In this document: in pieces, positions 59,759-64,000 of the stretch
Numbering within the stretch: the first letter of the stretch is position 1
Layout: each line of letters begins with the position of its first letter
Translations under genes and position numbers: made by a program
Source: Azolla caroliniana
Taxonomy: Eukaryota; Plantae; Polypodiophyta
Reading direction: 5' to 3'
NCBI GenBank assembly: GCA_043228905.1
Contig: JBHGNT010000015.1
Location: 9,858,001 to 9,922,000, forward strand
Length of the DNA stretch: 64,000 nt
The notes under the pieces: generated by a model
The model's input: only the letters and a program-made list of their open reading frames with translations
The model's database searches: none
Told to the model about the DNA's origin: nothing

Positions 59759-62700
59759 TGACGGGAACTACAACGCTCCCTCTACGCAACGCTCGGCCAC
59801 AACCGAGCTTAGGATCATACACAGAAAACAGGAAACTGTAAAACACGCGACACAAAAGGAGAGAAGAGGTACGTAGGATGTTTACGTGGAAAACCCCAAA
59901 CTAGGGGAAAAACCACGGCAGCCCACAGGCTGCAAACTATCACTAGGTTAGTATGTACAACAGTGAGTTCACGGAGGCAACGACCTCATGCTCACAATCT
60001 TCGCCACAGGCGGCGGTTACAATAGAGGCAATGACCTCTTTCTCTCTCTCTCTCTTTGTGTACACTGTTGCGCTCTCTCTCTTCTTCTTCTTGCACCAAC
60101 AAGAAAAATGACAACAACAAAACATAAGTTTGCCCTAAGTCATATTTATACTAATATGACTTTTCGGCTATTTACAAATATAGTCTCAATGGACTCTCAG
60201 AAACATATTTACGAATATGTCTCTTCATCCGGTTCTCACCGGGTCTGTACCATCCGGCTCTCCGTAGCCGAGTACTCCTCATCAGGTTCATACCGGGTCT
60301 GCACCATCCGGCTCTCCGTAGCCGGGTACTCCTCATCCGGTTTCGGCCTCGGCCGAGCTTGTTCATCAGGACTGTTCTTCTCCCTTCCCATCCGGAGGGA
60401 CCTGTCTCCCAACAAACTCCCCCTTCACTCTGGCATGGGGTGTCTTACCAATCCGATTCTCTTCCGACATGCGTTCAGCTTGTCGGGTGTCAGCACTTTG
60501 GTCAGCATATCTGACCCATTCTCGGTCATGTGGATCTTCGTCAGTGCGAACTCCTGGTCATCTACTCTTTCCCGGATCTAGTGATACCTCTGCTGGATAT
60601 GCTTCGTCCAGGAATGGTAGGCCGCATTCTGAGCAAGGTGGATGGCACTTTGACTGTCGCAATAGAGTCGGTATTCATCTTGCCGGATACCGAGCTCTCC
60701 GAGGAAGTCCTTCATCCATAAGATTTCCTTGTCGGCTTCCACAACCGCCATGTACTCCGCCTCTATGGTTGACAGTGCAACCGTCTTCTGCAGCCTCGAC
60801 TGCCACGAAACAGCTCCCCCTGCATATGTCATTACATACCTGGATGTAGACCGGCTGGTATCCACATCAGCCGACATGTCCGAATCCGTTTTCCGTAGCC
60901 GAATCGGAGACACATATTTGAAGTGCCCTTCAAATACCGGAGTATCCATTTGACCGCGTTCCAATGCTCCTTGCCGGGATTGCTCATGAACCGGCTCACC
61001 ACTCCGACTGCATATCCTATATTTGGTCGGGTACACACCATTGCGTACATCAAGCTCCCGACGGCAGAGGCATATGGAATCTTCATCATATCCGCCTTCT
61101 CTGCTTTCGTCTTCGGGCTCTGCTTACCGGATAGCCTGCAGTTTTCCGGTAGTGTCGATCCGACCGGTTTCGCTTCTGAAATGTTGAACCGGTGAAGCAC
61201 CTTTGTCACATACTTCTCCTGTGACAGCCATAATTGCTTCTTTGACCAGTCCCGAATGATGTGCATCCCCAACATCTGTCTTGCCGGACCCAAGTCTTTC
61301 ATTGAGAAGGTCCGGTTGAGAGCCTTCTTCAGCATCCTTATTTTGACTTGGTCCCGTCCGACGATCAACATGTCATCCACGTATAGAAGGAATATCAGGA
61401 AGTCGCCTCCTTCGAACTTCTTCACAAACACGCAGTGATCGGCCTGCGTCTTGTGGTACCCTTGATCAGTCATGAAGGAGTCGAACTTCCGGTACCATTG
61501 CCGGGGGGCCTGCTTCAACCCGTAGAGGCTCTTCTTCAACCGGCATACCAGGTGCTCCTTCCCTTTCTCCACGAATCCCTCCGGTTGCTGCATGTAGATC
61601 TCCTCTTCGAGGTCGCCATGAAGGAATGCCGTCTTCACGTCCAGCTGTTCTACCTCGAGGTTCATGCTTGCCGCTATACTCAGCACCGTCCGGATGGAGG
61701 TCATCTTTACTACCGGGGCAAATATCTCGTCGAAGTCCACGCCCTTCTTTTGCGGGAACCCCTTCACCACGATCCTGGCTTTGTATCTCGGGGGGTTGCT
61801 GACATCTGCCGTTTTCAACTTGTACACCCACTTGTTTCGGAGTGCCCGCTTTCCTTTCGGCAACTCCACCAATTCGTACGTATGGTTCTCATGTAGGGAA
61901 TCCATCTCATCCTGCATGGCACTTAACCATTTTCGGCTGTGGGTGTCTTCCTTCGCTTCTTCGAAGCTTTCCGGCTCCCCCTCATCGGTCAGCAGAACAT
62001 GCTCTACATCCGGAAATCTCCGAGGGGCCCTTCTCTCTCTGAGAGGATATCTCCGTCTCTGGGCTTCGGTGACCAGCTCATCCATCTGCTCTTCATTCGA
62101 ATCCGATTTGGGGGTCTTGGCCGGTTCCGGTTTCAGCTTCCTCTACTTCTTCTTCAGCCTGTTCGGTATCCTCACCGTAACCGGCTGGTCCCTCGAGTGC
62201 TAACCGGTCTCTTGCCGGTTGGGTCTGCTCATCGTAGAGTCGATCCTTACCGGTCGACTCAGAGTTCATTATCTTCTTCTCTGACTCCCAGTCGGCGAGT
62301 GTCTTGTTCTCCATGAAGATAATATCTCGACTTCGGAATACCTTCTTGTCGACCAGGTCCCACACTCGGTAGTCGAACTCATCGTCACTGTAACCGAGGA
62401 ATATGCATGGCCGGGTCTTTGGATCTAACTTTCCTCTCCGGTTCTTAGCTACATGCACGTACACGAGACACCCGAACACCTTCAGATGCCGGTAGGATAC
62501 TTCCTTACCGGTCCACACTCTCTATGGTGTGTCTCCGTCCAAGGGTACTAAGGGTGATCTATTTATCACATATGTCGCCGTCGACAGTGCCTCAGCCCAA
62601 AACTTCTTGGGTAGTTTTGCATGCGCTGGCATACTCCGGACCCTCTGCATTATGGTCCGGTTCATCCTCTCGGCCAGTCCGTTTAGTTCCGGCGTCTTCG

Positions 62701-64000
62701 GCACAGTAAATTCGAGCCGGATTCCCTTCGAGCGACAATACTCCTCGAATTGCCCCCGGTATTCTCCTCCGTTATCTGCTCGAACCGCCTTCAGCTTCCA
62801 ACCGGTTTCTCTTTCCACTCTCGCATGGAGCTCTTTGAAGACGGATAGCACCTGATCCTTCGTCTTCAACGGTGTGGCCCACAGCTTCCGGCTGTGGTCA
62901 TCTATGAACGTCACGAAGTACTGCGCTCCGGCATGTGACTTCGGGTCTACTTGACACACATCCGTATGCACCAACTCCAGTGGTGCATTACGTCTCATCG
63001 GTGGCCTTGGTCGGAAGGAGGTCCGGTTTTGCTTACCGGCCAGACAATCAATGCACTTCTCCAAGTGCACGTTCTTCACTGGAATGAGGTTGTTGTCTCC
63101 AAGCCTCTTCATCCCCTTCTCGCTCATATGACACAACCTCTTGTGCCACAACTCACCGGCAGTGTCGGATGCCACGTTCACTTCTTCCAGACATAACCGG
63201 GTATTCATCAGGTACAGTGTGTTTACCTTCCGGGCCTGAGCCACAATCAGGCTCCCTTTGTTGTGTAGCCCTCATCATCTAGCCGACCGGCTGATATCAG
63301 GTTATGACGAACCTCCGGAATGTGTCGGACATCCTTCAGCAGCAACTTGCATCCGGTTGGTGTCGACAGCCACACGTCTCCTATGCCGACAATTCGGCAT
63401 GTACCTTCATTCCCCATCCAAACACAGCCGTGATCACCGACTGAGTAGGATGAGAAGCATTTCCAGTCCGGGGTAAGGTGGAACGATGCTCCGGAGTCTA
63501 CCACCCAGGTCATCTTGTCGCCGGCAAGGTTTATCTCACTCTCCTCGGTGATGAGCATCAACTCTTCTTCACTTGCCGCGATTGCCGTTGTTCCCTTCCG
63601 GTCCGGCCCCTTCCGGTCTTTACCGTTCCGGTCTAGGGTCCGCTTCGAATCGGTACCGTTGGTTTCCTTGTCTTTACGGAAATGCCGACAATTCTTTTGG
63701 AAGTGACCCGGCTTGCCGCAATAGAAGCAAGTGGGGCCCCCCCTTGACTTTGACCGTGTCCCCGACTTCTCCCGGTTCTGGGGACTACGGTTTCTATGTC
63801 TTCCGCGTTCCGATTCGGTAAGGAGCGCTTTGGAGTCAGAGCTCGTATCTTTATCTTTCCGACGTGCCTCCTCATCTAGGAAGCTCGACTTTACTCTTGC
63901 TAGGGATAACCGTTTTCCTTCCGGCCTGGCGTTGCCCAAAGTGACAACCAACGTCTCCTAGCTATCCGGGAGGGAACCGAGCAGGAGTAGCGCTAGTACC
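59759..64000 (-). mobile_element. Copia F (Tnt1-like), degraded; 3' LTR 59759-60414; runs off the window end
   Basis: CFYCGKPGH, VDSGAS, integrase, YVDD, RNase H; PPT aagggggagtt. Confidence 0.92.

Noticed and set aside
59400-60350. CRISPR-like spaced repeats (ccggtgagaaccggatga)
   Set aside because: Irregular LTR U3 repeats in a eukaryotic context; no unique spacers or cas genes

Overview
This is plant nuclear DNA, most likely from a fern or another non-seed land plant (inferred from the retroelement lineages). Most of the window is LTR retrotransposon, and there is one intact host gene, a 4-exon transmembrane RING-H2 E3 ligase (13381-18361). From about 23.6 kb the window is a deep nest of elements, five of them confirmed by target-site duplications (TSDs): chromovirus C' > Gypsy B' > Copia A1 > Copia A2 > Gypsy B > Copia D > chromovirus C. 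A second chain, B' > chromovirus E > B''-LTR > Copia F, runs off the right end. Two signals stand out. (1) An intron-containing, LTR-disrupted relic of a prokaryote-type beta-class N4C/N6A DNA methyltransferase lies at 1-1310 (DIPYG ... DWILDLFFGLGTT). (2) tRNA-like Pol III modules sit antisense in the U3 of the LTRs of two unrelated Gypsy lineages. Also present: Tf1-type self-priming, -1 frameshift slippery sites with pseudoknots or hairpins in three Gypsy lineages, perfect heat-shock elements in the chromovirus LTRs, and a Copia family with a duplicated polypurine tract (PPT) and an in-frame C-terminal extension. All coordinates and alignments were read by eye.
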